A DNA stretch of 64,000 nt from NCBI GenBank assembly GCA_050173015.1, contig JBFXLE010000008.1, forward strand, positions 105,036 to 169,035, written 5' to 3'. Positions 49,058-59,547 of the stretch are shown here, one piece after another. Each line of letters begins with the position of its first letter. Position 1 is the stretch's first letter. The DNA comes from Calditrichaceae bacterium (GTDB lineage Bacteria > Calditrichota > Calditrichia > Calditrichales > JBFXGD01). The notes beneath the pieces are model-generated. The model ran no database searches. It saw nothing but the letters and a program-made list of their open reading frames with translations, and had not been told where the DNA came from. The position numbers and the translations under genes were made by a program.

Positions 49058-49474
49058 TTAATGATTAAATACTCTTAGGAAGTTCTTTAAATTGTCACAT
49101 AACGAAAAATTTCTGTACACATCGCAACTATGACAATCTCCGTTTTTACAACTTATTTTTGCTTCAAAACATGGTTGTTTCTTTGAAATGTAGGCTGGAC
49201 AAGCCCTCTCTTCGTTGCAATTATTGATGTCCCAGCATGGAATGAGCGCGAGCAGCCGCCTGATACCTTCGATGTTCATCTTTTCATTCTTGATCAAATG
49301 TCTGATCTTTTTCAGCCACTCAAGATCATGCTCATCATATATACGCCGGTTCGTCCCTGTCCGGTGCGGAATTACGATACCTGCATCCTCATACATTCTT
49401 AGAGTGTTGGGAGATATATCAAGGAGACGGGCAATATCACCGATGGAATACCATTTTTTTATCAATGTTTCCAT
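49058..49474 (-). CDS. MerR-family regulator with Cys-rich C-terminal domain
   Basis: YSIGDIARLLDISPNTLRMYE...RRIY HTH; 8 Cys in PCWDINNC...CP...PCF...C...CHSC...C. Confidence 0.9.
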   Translation of the reverse strand: METLIKKWYSIGDIARLLDISPNTLRMYEDAGIVIPHRTGTNRRIYDEHDLEWLKKIRHLIKNEKMNIEGIRRLLALIPCWDINNCNEERACPAYISKKQPCFEAKISCKNGDCHSCDVYRNFSLCDNLKNFLRVFNH

Positions 49475-49514
49475 ATTACCTACTTTTTACAGGCATTTTT
49501 CGCAAATCTATATC

Positions 49515-49873
49515 TACATTTCAAAATGTAATCAAAATATCAATTTTTACAATATGACGCTAACGCATAATCATTGCGCTATAAATACCGGCGGGTCAGA
49601 TCCGGAGTCATTTCGATGTCCGAAACTGCATTTTTCATCATCCGATTAAAAGCATTTCAATTTTCTATTCAATTCCGACGGCAAAATCGTCTTCTGTTTT
49701 ATATCTTTTCTATCGATAACAGTTTGTTTTGCTCATCTCCTCTTTTTTGAGTCCATTCATCATATACATTTTAAAATGTATGTTTGTCTTTTATCCTCTG
49801 ATTAAATTGTATGGTTAAAAATGAATTAAAAAATAATGAATGTCAAGTGAAAATATATACATAATAAAATGTA
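49515..49873. promoter_or_regulatory. Three TACAT-N6-ATGTA palindromic boxes (putative operators)
   Basis: TACATTTCAAAATGTA 49515-49530; TACATTTTAAAATGTA 49765-49780 (perfect 18-bp palindrome 49764-49781); TACATAATAAAATGTA 49858-49873. Confidence 0.7.
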
Positions 49874-49934
49874 GAAAGGAAGGCTGAAAGCTTATTTTAC
49901 AACAATCTCAATGATATTTTGACGCAAATAAATT

Positions 49935-49965
49935 TAAAATAGCCGTTCAATGAACGGCTATTTTA
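49935..49965 (-). terminator. Intrinsic terminator after the acyl-CoA dehydrogenase gene
   Basis: 15-bp inverted repeat TAAAATAGCCGTTCA-A-TGAACGGCTATTTTA just past the stop at 49972. Confidence 0.8.
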
Positions 49966-49971
49966 CCGGCA

Positions 49972-51669
49972 CTAACCGTTCATTTCGTACAGGCCGTTTA
50001 ACGCGTAAACATGCTCTTTCCAGATCTTTCCATATCTTTTTTCATCAACTACCGGCTTGCGGATCATGTTCATACAATGATCCATTTGCTTTGAATTCGC
50101 GGATGGTTTGCTGTACAGCAGAAGAGCGAATTTCGAAAAATCTCTAACCATAAAATCAAAAATCTGATCAATGAGATTATCTTCAATCTGATAAATTTTT
50201 GTATTTTCCAGAATTAACTGACCATACACGATCAATGTAAAAATCTCACCAAGGCTCAGGAGAAAATCAATATCTTTGGTTTGCGTTTCATCCGGACTGG
50301 CCGTCGCCAGCAATTTCTTAAACACCGAAATCTGTTCCTTAAAGATATTTACATTTGGCAGATCATGTTTATCATACACCTTTTTATAATCATGAAACCG
50401 GATTTTTCCAAGTCCCCGCGCCGCTCCCTGTTTAAAAAGAAAATCATCGTTTTTGGGAGTATCGATTTGAGCCACTTCCGGGTATTCCGCAGGATTGAAG
50501 AAATAATTCGCCATAAATTTTACAATCAGCGCGATATTGACATGAACCGTTCCTTCGAGTTTTGGAAGAGCCCTGATATCACGGGCGGCCATTTCAAAAA
50601 ACGTGTCTTTCTCAAAACCTTTGGCCGCGATGACATCCCATAATAAGTTGATCACTTCCTCACCCTGGGTGGTCACTTTCATCTTCACCACCGGATTATA
50701 CAACAGATAACGCCGGTCATCAGGAGACGCCGACCGCATATAATCCGCGGCTCTCAGCGCGAATAATTTCATGGCCACCAGCCGCGAGTAGGCGTCCGTG
50801 AACAATTGTTTCACATGAGGAAAATCGGTCACATACATATTGTAAAGCCGGCGGTTCGCCGCGTGATTGATCGCTTCATAGAAAGCGTGAGTACAAATAC
50901 CGATGGATGCCCATCCAAGGTTGTATTTTCCGATATTTACCGTATTTAACGCGCTGTCCCAGGCTTCCTGCCCTTTCGAAAGTATCTCGTTTTCAGTAAT
51001 CGGGTAATCGCGTAACAGATACTCGGAAACATAATTCTGAGTGGAAACAATATTTTTGACACATTCATAATTCTTATGGCTGTAGTTCGCGACAAAGAAA
51101 ACATAATCACCGGATTCAGCCATTTTTCCGAAAGTTGACACCATTGGGGCCACATTTCCGTTACCGATATAATACTTACTGCCGTTTGCCAGATACGAAC
51201 CGTCACCCTTTGGCTTGAGATTCATTTCGGTCGAATACACATCAGCCCCGTGATCTTTTTCAGAAAGACCAAAGGCGAACACTTCGCCATCTTTCAACAA
51301 TTTGGCGGCGTGTTTTTTTTGAGTTTCATTCAAACTCATCCAAATGGGTCCCAGGCCGAGTATGGTTACCTGCCAGGTGTACCAGTACGCGAGTCCGTAA
51401 AAAGCGAGAATTTCATTGAACTCACAGATCCGCCAGGTATCCCAGCGGTAATTTTCATCCCCGTAGCCGGAAGGAGTCAGCAGTGTGGCGAATAATTTTT
51501 CCTTCTTTTGAAATTCAAGAAAATCCGCGTACCATATTCGTTTATGGTCGTCATCTTTTAGTTTTTGTTTGCCTTTTTTCTCAAAGAACTCAATTGTTTT
51601 CAGCATCAAATCTTTTGTTTCTCCATCGGGATAATGACGAACGTGTTTTTTGGGATTTAACAGAATCAT
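49972..51669 (-). CDS. Acyl-CoA dehydrogenase family protein
   Basis: FGLSEKDHGAD, NGSKYYIGNG, NIGKYNLG, AAKGFE, LPKLEGT. Confidence 0.92.
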   Translation of the reverse strand: MILLNPKKHVRHYPDGETKDLMLKTIEFFEKKGKQKLKDDDHKRIWYADFLEFQKKEKLFATLLTPSGYGDENYRWDTWRICEFNEILAFYGLAYWYTWQVTILGLGPIWMSLNETQKKHAAKLLKDGEVFAFGLSEKDHGADVYSTEMNLKPKGDGSYLANGSKYYIGNGNVAPMVSTFGKMAESGDYVFFVANYSHKNYECVKNIVSTQNYVSEYLLRDYPITENEILSKGQEAWDSALNTVNIGKYNLGWASIGICTHAFYEAINHAANRRLYNMYVTDFPHVKQLFTDAYSRLVAMKLFALRAADYMRSASPDDRRYLLYNPVVKMKVTTQGEEVINLLWDVIAAKGFEKDTFFEMAARDIRALPKLEGTVHVNIALIVKFMANYFFNPAEYPEVAQIDTPKNDDFLFKQGAARGLGKIRFHDYKKVYDKHDLPNVNIFKEQISVFKKLLATASPDETQTKDIDFLLSLGEIFTLIVYGQLILENTKIYQIEDNLIDQIFDFMVRDFSKFALLLYSKPSANSKQMDHCMNMIRKPVVDEKRYGKIWKEHVYALNGLYEMNG

Positions 51670-51726
51670 ACTTGCCCCTTCATTTTGTCACCTTTTATTT
51701 TATCGAAAACACTAAAAACAATGCCA

Positions 51727-52875
51727 TTATCGAAGCCAGAACCCCACACCGACACCTATAAATGTCGCGACAGCGTATCCCAGCGTTCCGCAAAGAATCG
51801 CCGGTATGATCAGCGCCTCCCACTTTCGCGCGACTGCCATCGCCGCCGCTGTGGTCGGTCCGCCCATATTCGCGTTGGACGCGATGACTATTTCAGCCAG
51901 ATCTAATTTAAACATTTTTCCGGCGACAAGTATAAAAAGCAGATGAACCAGAAGAATAAGTCCGGCAAAAACAAACAACACCGGACCCACTTTCAGTACG
52001 ATCATGATGTTGGCGCTCGCGCCGATGGTGGCGAAAAACACCTGCATCAACAAGGTGCCGATCTGATCCGCTCCGGTTATTTTACCAAGCTGTTTCGGGA
52101 AAACGGTCGCCGCGAGAACGATGAAAGCGGTAATAAACAGAATCCCGCTCCCGTCGATACCCGACAATTCGGCAAAATAGAATCCTGCCGCGCATACCGC
52201 GAGGCCGATGGCGAGACTCTTTCCCATATTCAGCAGATTCAATCCGCTTTCTTCCATATAGGAAACACTTTGGGTGTCATCCGAATTTTGAGCCTTTTCC
52301 TCATGATGCGTTGGAAATCTCTTTTGTAGAAAAGCAATGGAAGGCAACGCGAACAGCACCAAAAAATATATGGTCATTACGAGATTATCGGCGGCCACAC
52401 CGGCGGCGAGAAGATCGCTTGATTTTAGCTGCAGGGCTTCCGCGGAAGCGACAAAATTCATTGAACCGCCAATATAGGTGGAACAAAATATGCCCGCCAA
52501 TCTCCACCCATCAGGCCCCAGCGGGATGGTTTGAAATGCGATCCAGGTACCAATCACCGTGCCGATGCTTCCAAAAGAGAAGGCCAGCAGAGTGGGACCG
52601 GCTTCTTTTATTATTCTTCTCATATCTGCCCTGAAAAGCAGGAGGGGAATAGCCAGCGGGACAAGATATGACCAGACAATATCATAAGCGGGAGCGGATG
52701 CCGGAATAATCGACAAATTGGATAAAACAAATGTGCCAAGAATCGAAATGACCACCGCGGACAACCGCGCTCCCCACTTTGTTTTTTCCGCCCAAAGACC
52801 AAACGCGGCGACCGAAAAAAGCACCGCCCAGATAATCCAGTGTTGATTTTCAGCAATCAGCGTCGTTTCAAACAT
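51727..52875 (-). CDS. DUF819 family membrane protein
   Basis: TYIGGSMNF, AADN, ASNANMGGPTTA, GTLGYA. Confidence 0.88.
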   Translation of the reverse strand: MFETTLIAENQHWIIWAVLFSVAAFGLWAEKTKWGARLSAVVISILGTFVLSNLSIIPASAPAYDIVWSYLVPLAIPLLLFRADMRRIIKEAGPTLLAFSFGSIGTVIGTWIAFQTIPLGPDGWRLAGIFCSTYIGGSMNFVASAEALQLKSSDLLAAGVAADNLVMTIYFLVLFALPSIAFLQKRFPTHHEEKAQNSDDTQSVSYMEESGLNLLNMGKSLAIGLAVCAAGFYFAELSGIDGSGILFITAFIVLAATVFPKQLGKITGADQIGTLLMQVFFATIGASANIMIVLKVGPVLFVFAGLILLVHLLFILVAGKMFKLDLAEIVIASNANMGGPTTAAAMAVARKWEALIIPAILCGTLGYAVATFIGVGVGFWLR

Positions 52876-52917
52876 TCCGGTTCTCCTTGTGAATTAGTTC
52901 CGCGGGATTATTCCTAT

Positions 52918-54549
52918 CTAAAATTGTTCATCATATTTTGTCCACAGTTCATTCCCGAGTTTCCAGGCGCGGTCAACCACCCGGTTTCCCCAATCCATGG
53001 AGTATTTGGTTAAGAAGGCTCTGGATTTATTCTTATTTTTATGATAAAGATTCAACGCCTCCTGCTCTGTATTTTTCTGATTGGCAAAGACTTCCGCCTG
53101 CATCGGATTCCAGACGGCATCCACATCTTTCCTCATATCTCCCCAACGCTGCGCGGCAAGGGTTCCAAGCCGGTTAAACGCCCACCAGGCGGATTCATAC
53201 GTAAATCCGTTCACTCTTCCCGGTGTTTTGTAAGATTTCGGCACGTCACTGATGCTGCAGTAAAAAGGCACATAAATAGAAGTGGCCGTGTTATCCATCG
53301 CCATCCAGACCACGCCGCCGATCTCATCCGGCAGCCAGTCTCTGGACTGCGTGATGGTCGCGTACATGGTAAACCAGCGGGCGATGGGTCTTTCACCGCG
53401 CCAGCCCCAGCCCCCGTTCACGTCAAAAATAGGATTCATATCATACGGCATGAACGGATTGGCGAATGGTGAAATCTCCGTTTTACCCTCTTTATTTGTC
53501 CAGGTGATATGCTTTACAAAATTATAATCCGTTCCTTCATAATAATCCTTGAAAATTTCAACCATTTTTTCGAGCGTCACCAGCGTATCCGGTTTAACCG
53601 AAAACGGATAATTTTCTGAATTCGGGTGGAGTTTTAATGAAGGAGCGGCTAAATCGAAAACACGCCATTCTCTTCTCCGGGCGGCAAAGGATGTTCTGCC
53701 TTCGGGATCATAAGCATAACAGAATTCAAACGGACCCTCTTCCGGATTCCACCAGCCGCTGTCCTGAGCGACGGAAAATACATTTTCGGAGGCCATAAAA
53801 TAATCGTTATTATTTAGATCGATCCGGCGGATCCTGCTGGCATTGGCATTAACGGAGATTTCACCGTCGGGCACGCGCTGAGCAGCCCATACCGCCCCAA
53901 AATTACCTTCTCCCGGTCCGATAATTTCAAGACTCCATACTTCCTTTGTATCGGCAATGGTCAGGCATTCGCCATAGTCATTCCATCCGTATTTTTTTGT
54001 GAGCTCATCGGCAAGAAGAATCGCTTCACGGGCGGTTGCCGTTCTTTCCAGCATCAGACGGACCAACTGCTGGCAATCGATCAAGCCGCTGTCGGAACGC
54101 ATGGATTCTCTTCCACCGAATGTGGATTCACCTATGCCGAGCTGTTTATCGTTCATACAGGGATAGGCGGTATTGATAAATCCGTGAGTATATTCCACCT
54201 GCGGGATTTCACCGACCGGGATATGTTTATAAGCCGGCATGGCGAGCGAGTCATTTTTTACCCGCTTTCTCATGGTCACCATCGTCCCCTTTTTATGCTT
54301 CTTGGCCGGTTCAATATCCAGCCAGGATCTGGTGCGGTGACTGTCGTCAGTATGCGATGTCATCACCGATCCGTCCGCGGATGCCAGTTTTCCGACCATG
54401 ATTGTCGTGCAGCCGTTCGGACGGCCGCCTTCCCAGTCAGGCTTGTCGTCGTCCTGTGACTGAGCATTGACGGGTAAAAAGGATATTAAAATAAAATTAA
54501 AAAAAAGTAATAAGAAACCTTGCTTGAAGAGTGATCTGATAAATGACAT
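52918..54549 (-). CDS. Peptidase C69 family dipeptidase (secreted)
   Basis: Signal peptide, GCTTIMVGK.ASADGS (Ntn Cys), MNDKQL.IGEST, ESAWWAF. Confidence 0.9.
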   Translation of the reverse strand: MSFIRSLFKQGFLLLFFNFILISFLPVNAQSQDDDKPDWEGGRPNGCTTIMVGKLASADGSVMTSHTDDSHRTRSWLDIEPAKKHKKGTMVTMRKRVKNDSLAMPAYKHIPVGEIPQVEYTHGFINTAYPCMNDKQLGIGESTFGGRESMRSDSGLIDCQQLVRLMLERTATAREAILLADELTKKYGWNDYGECLTIADTKEVWSLEIIGPGEGNFGAVWAAQRVPDGEISVNANASRIRRIDLNNNDYFMASENVFSVAQDSGWWNPEEGPFEFCYAYDPEGRTSFAARRREWRVFDLAAPSLKLHPNSENYPFSVKPDTLVTLEKMVEIFKDYYEGTDYNFVKHITWTNKEGKTEISPFANPFMPYDMNPIFDVNGGWGWRGERPIARWFTMYATITQSRDWLPDEIGGVVWMAMDNTATSIYVPFYCSISDVPKSYKTPGRVNGFTYESAWWAFNRLGTLAAQRWGDMRKDVDAVWNPMQAEVFANQKNTEQEALNLYHKNKNKSRAFLTKYSMDWGNRVVDRAWKLGNELWTKYDEQF

Positions 54550-54817
54550 GAGCGCTCCTTTTGGGCCGGTATTAATTTTACAAATAAATTAAAAACAAGG
54601 TAAGAAATTTCTTCTTCAAATTAAAATGAACAGGTATTTATTGTATAATTTTTTTTTTAGAATGCAGAAAAATATCGGGGAAATTTTGGGTTCAGAGTGA
54701 TTTTAACATTCATGCGGGTGTTTATAAAATGATATGATTTTCAGAATTGATTATTCTGAAAAACCGGATGGGAAATTAGTGAACAAATCAACCAAAAATG
54801 TTTATGTCAGATCGGAT

Positions 54818-55180
54818 TCACCTGGAAAATATTACCTTAACCTGGGCGTATTTTCCTGATTCATGAACAATTTCACTCTGGGCGTTATATGATTTTAGAG
54901 CATCATCAACCTGCGCGCTCCAGGCGGGAAGTTCCGCTGCTTCCGTAAAGGCCATAAAACTCAGCAGATAATCCTTATCCCGCAAATCAAGTGAAATTTC
55001 CATCGGCTGAGCCGTCATCTGATTCAAATAATTCATAATATAATTGATCACCTTTATCAGAGGTTTGGGATCTTCCGCTTCAAAGCGGCAGCCTTCATCG
55101 AGACATAAATTGGTCTGGATATCTTTATTCTCATTGATCATTATGATCAAATTTTTTAAATCAACCGTATTTTCTGTCAT
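54818..55180 (-). CDS. Hypothetical protein (possible degenerate HATPase-like fold)
   Basis: GGAG RBS; DPKPLIKVINYIMNY resembles the N-box helix region, but no G boxes are present. Confidence 0.6.
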   Translation of the reverse strand: MTENTVDLKNLIIMINENKDIQTNLCLDEGCRFEAEDPKPLIKVINYIMNYLNQMTAQPMEISLDLRDKDYLLSFMAFTEAAELPAWSAQVDDALKSYNAQSEIVHESGKYAQVKVIFSR

Positions 55181-55379
55181 TATTTACTCCGTTTATTTGG
55201 ATTATCCGGATTGGATTTGACATTGACAATTAATATAATCGGTTAAAATTCTGAATTATTAACTTCCGCGCGAAAATTACACATGCTCTAATCATTTCTA
55301 ATTAGATCGGATGAATACAAGTGAATGTTTAGTAAATTATTTTTATATTCGGCAATTTAATCCGGAAAATCAATCAAAA

Positions 55380-55796
55380 TCAGGATTCGGGCTGAGTTTC
55401 AGGATGATCCACAATCAGCACAAGCCCCTGAACTTCTTTGATAATGACATGTTCGCCTTTTTCCACAGGTTTCGCCTCATCAGACAACCGCGCTCGCCAT
55501 AATTCTCCTCCGACGCGGATCATTCCCTCCGGATTGAGCCGCTCGTTTGTGATTCCTTTTCCCCCGATCAGATTATTTGACCTTGCGGGGCGTGAGGGAT
55601 CGTAGGAATGCCAGACATGCGGGAAGAGAAGAACATCCTTGATCAGCCACAGGGAAATAATGGCAATATTTATCCATACCGGATAGGCGATCCACTCACC
55701 CGCGGCAAAAAGAATGGTGCTGAGAATGACAATTCCCGGGATTTGTAAAAATACATACCTGATCAGAATTTTTTTTGTCCATTCGCCTTTTTTCAT
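55380..55796 (-). CDS. NfeD-like membrane protein
   Basis: TM pair followed by LIG.KG...PEGMIRVGGELWRA...VQGLVLIV. Confidence 0.88.
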   Translation of the reverse strand: MKKGEWTKKILIRYVFLQIPGIVILSTILFAAGEWIAYPVWINIAIISLWLIKDVLLFPHVWHSYDPSRPARSNNLIGGKGITNERLNPEGMIRVGGELWRARLSDEAKPVEKGEHVIIKEVQGLVLIVDHPETQPES

Positions 55797-56086
55797 AACA
55801 TTGCTCCGGAACGCGCCGGTTTGATTTATATAAAGTCCGGTTAGTCCGGATAAATTCGGGTCATTTCGATAGATCCCGGGCTGATAGGTTGACTGCTATT
55901 TAATAGTTTGAGATATCCGTGGCTCTCATGGGATCAATCTCATAAAAATATCCCCGGTAATCAATAAAATATTATGTTTATTAAAAGAAGATGTCGAAAA
56001 ATCGATCAATTTAATTTATTGTTTAATTATTAAATGTTTACGAAATAATCGTCGATAATCTTAATATATAGAAAGAGAGGAATGCG

Positions 56087-56971
56087 ATGCAAAAATTCCA
56101 ATCGACGAATCAACCGCACGAACATTTTTATGAACATGTGGGTGAGGTGGTAAAAGCTTTGGATAATTTGAAGATTATTGCCGTGCATGAGCATGGTATT
56201 AAGGCGGTATTTAAAGAACTTGGCCGCCAGAATATACATCCGGCCTTTGGAAGTCTTAGAATTGACCGGGACAAAGAAGGCAGAGTATTTATAAAGGAGT
56301 ACCGGCCTTCCACTTCCCTGTTCAGAACCGGATATTTTCACTCCATCGATTCCCAGCTTCCGTTCTGGGAAAAGGTAGGCAGCGCCATCATCCGCTTGTC
56401 GGAAAGCAAAAACCGCCTGCTTAAAGATCCTGAACAACAGACGGGCGCCAAAAAATCGTTGTTCAAAAAAGGCAGCGAATATTGTATCATTCTTCAGGGA
56501 AATATGGATAAAAATTATCTAAAAATCCTGATAGAACAGGGACGGATAAGTTATGACACCAATAAAGATAATCTAAGAGAAGAAAATATATTTTCCGCCC
56601 TTGAGATTCTCTCAAAGACTGATATGGATCAAATTGTCGAAATACGAATTCTGAATAAACAATTTTATCTGAAAGAGATTGGCGGGACGCTTCTTCTAAG
56701 GGATAAATCCACCCGTGACATCGCCTGTATTATCGGTCGAAAAACGGATGGCAAACTTTATACGGCGCCCGGTGAATACAATTCCGAAATTTCGGAAAAT
56801 GATCTGAATCTGAAGGTGGGTCCTGTTGAAGTAGCGAGAGAGATTAATCTTTGCGGCGACGCGCTTGTCAGGGAAAAGAAAATGCTGATCCTGGATGAAA
56901 TCACACTTGAAGAATTGCGGGAATTTCTAAGAAACGCTGAATCATATTATATCGAATCCTCTGAAGTATAG
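56087..56971 (+). CDS. Hypothetical protein
   Basis: 294 aa ORF with AGAGG RBS; no family recognised. Confidence 0.7.
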   Translation: MQKFQSTNQPHEHFYEHVGEVVKALDNLKIIAVHEHGIKAVFKELGRQNIHPAFGSLRIDRDKEGRVFIKEYRPSTSLFRTGYFHSIDSQLPFWEKVGSAIIRLSESKNRLLKDPEQQTGAKKSLFKKGSEYCIILQGNMDKNYLKILIEQGRISYDTNKDNLREENIFSALEILSKTDMDQIVEIRILNKQFYLKEIGGTLLLRDKSTRDIACIIGRKTDGKLYTAPGEYNSEISENDLNLKVGPVEVAREINLCGDALVREKKMLILDEITLEELREFLRNAESYYIESSEV

Positions 56972-56975
56972 CCGA

Positions 56976-57734
56976 TTAAAACCGTAAAATCATCTTTGCC
57001 GAATCAGCCAAAGCCCGGTAGATGGCTCTTACATCATTCCGGTCAAGAGCCAGGCTGATCCGTCTGTCGCCGTTTTCCGGTTCAGGGTACAATTCCGGGA
57101 CGGTATCAGGATCCCTGCCGGTCTCGTACGCCAGCAGACGCAGGCCGCGGTCAAACTCCAGTTCAAACATAAATTCCTGATTCTCCACAGGCCTTTTCAA
57201 CAAAAACAGCGCGTCGGATGTATCCGCCGGCCCAGATGTGATATCTTTTACCAGTATCGGTTGTTTTGGCAGCGTAGCCTGTTCATTCCGCAGGGTGAAC
57301 GGCTCGGACAGCCATTCCTTCGACTTCCCCCGCTCTTTTAATTCATCCAGTGAAGAACCAAGCATCCGGGATTCGATCTTACATCCGCGCAACTGCACGC
57401 CTTCCATGTCCAGACTGATATAACCGGCAATAAGATCAATGCTGAGATATAATTCTCCCGTCTCCGCCAGCGCTACCCTGTTTTTCCAGAAAATTTCTTC
57501 AATTTCGAGCGCCGTCACTTTTTGCTGAATCCGTTGCGCCGCGGTCATGGATAATGTGGCAGATTCCGGATCAGCCGCAACGTTGATCCGGCTTTCGCTT
57601 TTGACGTCATACGCCGAAACAAACATGAATCCGGCGGTGATGCCGGTAATCAGCAGGGCCGACGCGATCAACATATTGAAGGAGAATCCCGTCCTCCTTT
57701 TCCGCGTTATCTGTTTAAATTTTCTTCTCTTCAT
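56976..57734 (-). CDS. Membrane-anchored protein resembling a degenerate L,D-transpeptidase (YkuD) fold
   Basis: LYLSIDL...ISL and L...DVRAIY.AL resemble YkuD termini; no His/Cys catalytic motif; follows the LDT gene. Confidence 0.55.
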   Translation of the reverse strand: MKRRKFKQITRKRRTGFSFNMLIASALLITGITAGFMFVSAYDVKSESRINVAADPESATLSMTAAQRIQQKVTALEIEEIFWKNRVALAETGELYLSIDLIAGYISLDMEGVQLRGCKIESRMLGSSLDELKERGKSKEWLSEPFTLRNEQATLPKQPILVKDITSGPADTSDALFLLKRPVENQEFMFELEFDRGLRLLAYETGRDPDTVPELYPEPENGDRRISLALDRNDVRAIYRALADSAKMILRF

Positions 57735-57746
57735 TGGTGACGTTGC

Positions 57747-58484
57747 CTAGTAAATATAAATTCTTGATCTGCGCTTCACGCCGTCGAAGACAATCTTCAT
57801 GTCTTCATCCCCAAGCCGGACACAGCCGTGAGTCACCGGCATTCCCAGAAGCCGTTTAAATTTAGTCCCGTGAATCAGATAGCCGTATCCGAATCCGATG
57901 GCGTATTTACCGAGAACACCCGCTTCATACCTGATGTCCGCGTACCGCGGCGGAATGGGCAGCCCCTCTTCCAGATAAGCCCAGTCGGGTTTTCGCCAGA
58001 CGGGATTTTCCGTTTTTACTAGCACATTGTACCTTCCTCGCGGCGTTTTAAAAAGCCATTCCCTGTTTTTTGACGCTTTCAGTAACACATAACTGCCCGT
58101 GGAGCAGACCCCCTTATGCAGAAGGCTGTCTCCCTGCATTAAACTGATTTCATTATCGGAAGTATTGACGATCACGTAGGGCATTTTGGGTTTGATGGCA
58201 TCATACCGGCCGCGAAGATTTTCGATACGGCTTGTGAGCTGTTCAATCGTTAGAATGGACTCATGATCAATGGGATAATCCGGGTCAAAAAGAGTGCTTT
58301 GACCGGAAACGCCTTTTTCATTAAAACCGAACCGGGAATCAGGAATGGAAATCAACAAGGCGGGGATCAGTCCGCAAACTAATCCTATCAGAAAATATTT
58401 TCGGGATTTTTTCACCCGTTTGTCATATTTGTCATTACCAGGTAAACTAAACATGAGTTGATCTGAGATTAAATTCCCCGGCAT
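57747..58484 (-). CDS. L,D-transpeptidase (YkuD family)
   Basis: STG, TPRG, NPVW.KPDW, YLIHGT...THGCVRL. Confidence 0.93.
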   Translation of the reverse strand: MPGNLISDQLMFSLPGNDKYDKRVKKSRKYFLIGLVCGLIPALLISIPDSRFGFNEKGVSGQSTLFDPDYPIDHESILTIEQLTSRIENLRGRYDAIKPKMPYVIVNTSDNEISLMQGDSLLHKGVCSTGSYVLLKASKNREWLFKTPRGRYNVLVKTENPVWRKPDWAYLEEGLPIPPRYADIRYEAGVLGKYAIGFGYGYLIHGTKFKRLLGMPVTHGCVRLGDEDMKIVFDGVKRRSRIYIY

Positions 58485-58532
58485 CCTCCCTTGTACCTAA
58501 ATGGATTGCCGGGGAGTTGATCATTGTTATAC

Positions 58533-59108
58533 TTATTTCACTTCTGCCGTGAGACTGGCGATCTTTTTAAGAATCGAGCTTGCCCTGTCGCGGGCGGTCA
58601 GGTAATCACCGCTTTCCATGGCGGTACTTACACCGGCTACTGACGCTTCGGTACTAGCCATATCATTTTTAATCATTTCCAGAGCGGCGCGGCCTTCTTT
58701 GCCTACACGCGCTTTTGAAATCGCTTTTTTCGCAGCCTTAATTTCATCAGGGATCCGGGCAAGAAGTCCTTCAGCTTCCATTTTCACCTGCTCTTTTGCC
58801 GCTTCAACTGAATTCGCTGCTTCATTCGCGGCGTCTCTTGCTGCCACGAGCATGTTTTTGGCTTCATCATAATTTCTGGAGAAAGCGAATTTGTCGTTTT
58901 GTTTTGTGATTTCCGCGCTGGCCGCGTCTAACGCTGTCTGGGCCTGGGCGAATTTATCCGCGACATAGCGATCCGCGCCTGCGCTTCTCGCCGCTTCAAG
59001 AGCCGCTCTCGCTTCATCAAGTTCCGCCTGCGGAGCGTCCGCGCATCCGGTCATCATAAAAATCATAATTCCCGCTACGATCATCGTTAAGAATCTTTGG
59101 ATCTTCAT
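58533..59108 (-). CDS. Ala-rich helical lipoprotein (DUF4398-like)
   Basis: MTGC lipobox, A..AGADRY, YDEAK. Confidence 0.75.
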   Translation of the reverse strand: MKIQRFLTMIVAGIMIFMMTGCADAPQAELDEARAALEAARSAGADRYVADKFAQAQTALDAASAEITKQNDKFAFSRNYDEAKNMLVAARDAANEAANSVEAAKEQVKMEAEGLLARIPDEIKAAKKAISKARVGKEGRAALEMIKNDMASTEASVAGVSTAMESGDYLTARDRASSILKKIASLTAEVK

Positions 59109-59547
59109 TGTATCCTCCGGTATGGTTAATAGTTGGTCAAAAAATTATTTATGAAAAGATTATACCAAATTACCAAAACTTAGCCCGACCTATTATAATT
59201 TCGGATAAATATCTTCTAACGCTTTCAGTGATAGACTCCTTATAACAATCTATACAGGACAACTTCATCAATCAAAATAAATGCACCATCCGGATTCCTG
59301 TACCCGGTCCGCTTGATGAATTAATTTGATTTAGAATTAAACCGGCCTCCTGTTTGAGAAGATAAGAACAATATAACTTTGCCGCCCGCTGGCTTTAATT
59401 AAATTACAAAAAAAGCGGCTAATCAGCGATATGTTTTGATTAAGCTATAAAATATTAATTGAATTGGCAATAACAAAAGAATTTTCAATAAAACCCGAAT
59501 GAGTTTCTGATAACCTTAATCCGGCAAAACCCGTTTTTTACCGTGAT

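Noticed and set aside
24096-49474. Selenocysteine read-through in the Cys-rich genes
   Set aside because: No ORF appears cut by an in-frame TGA at a Cys-motif position; the motifs I checked are complete.
49215-49649. 144 aa plus-strand ORF
   Set aside because: Antisense to the MerR regulator and runs across its operator region; no recognisable features.
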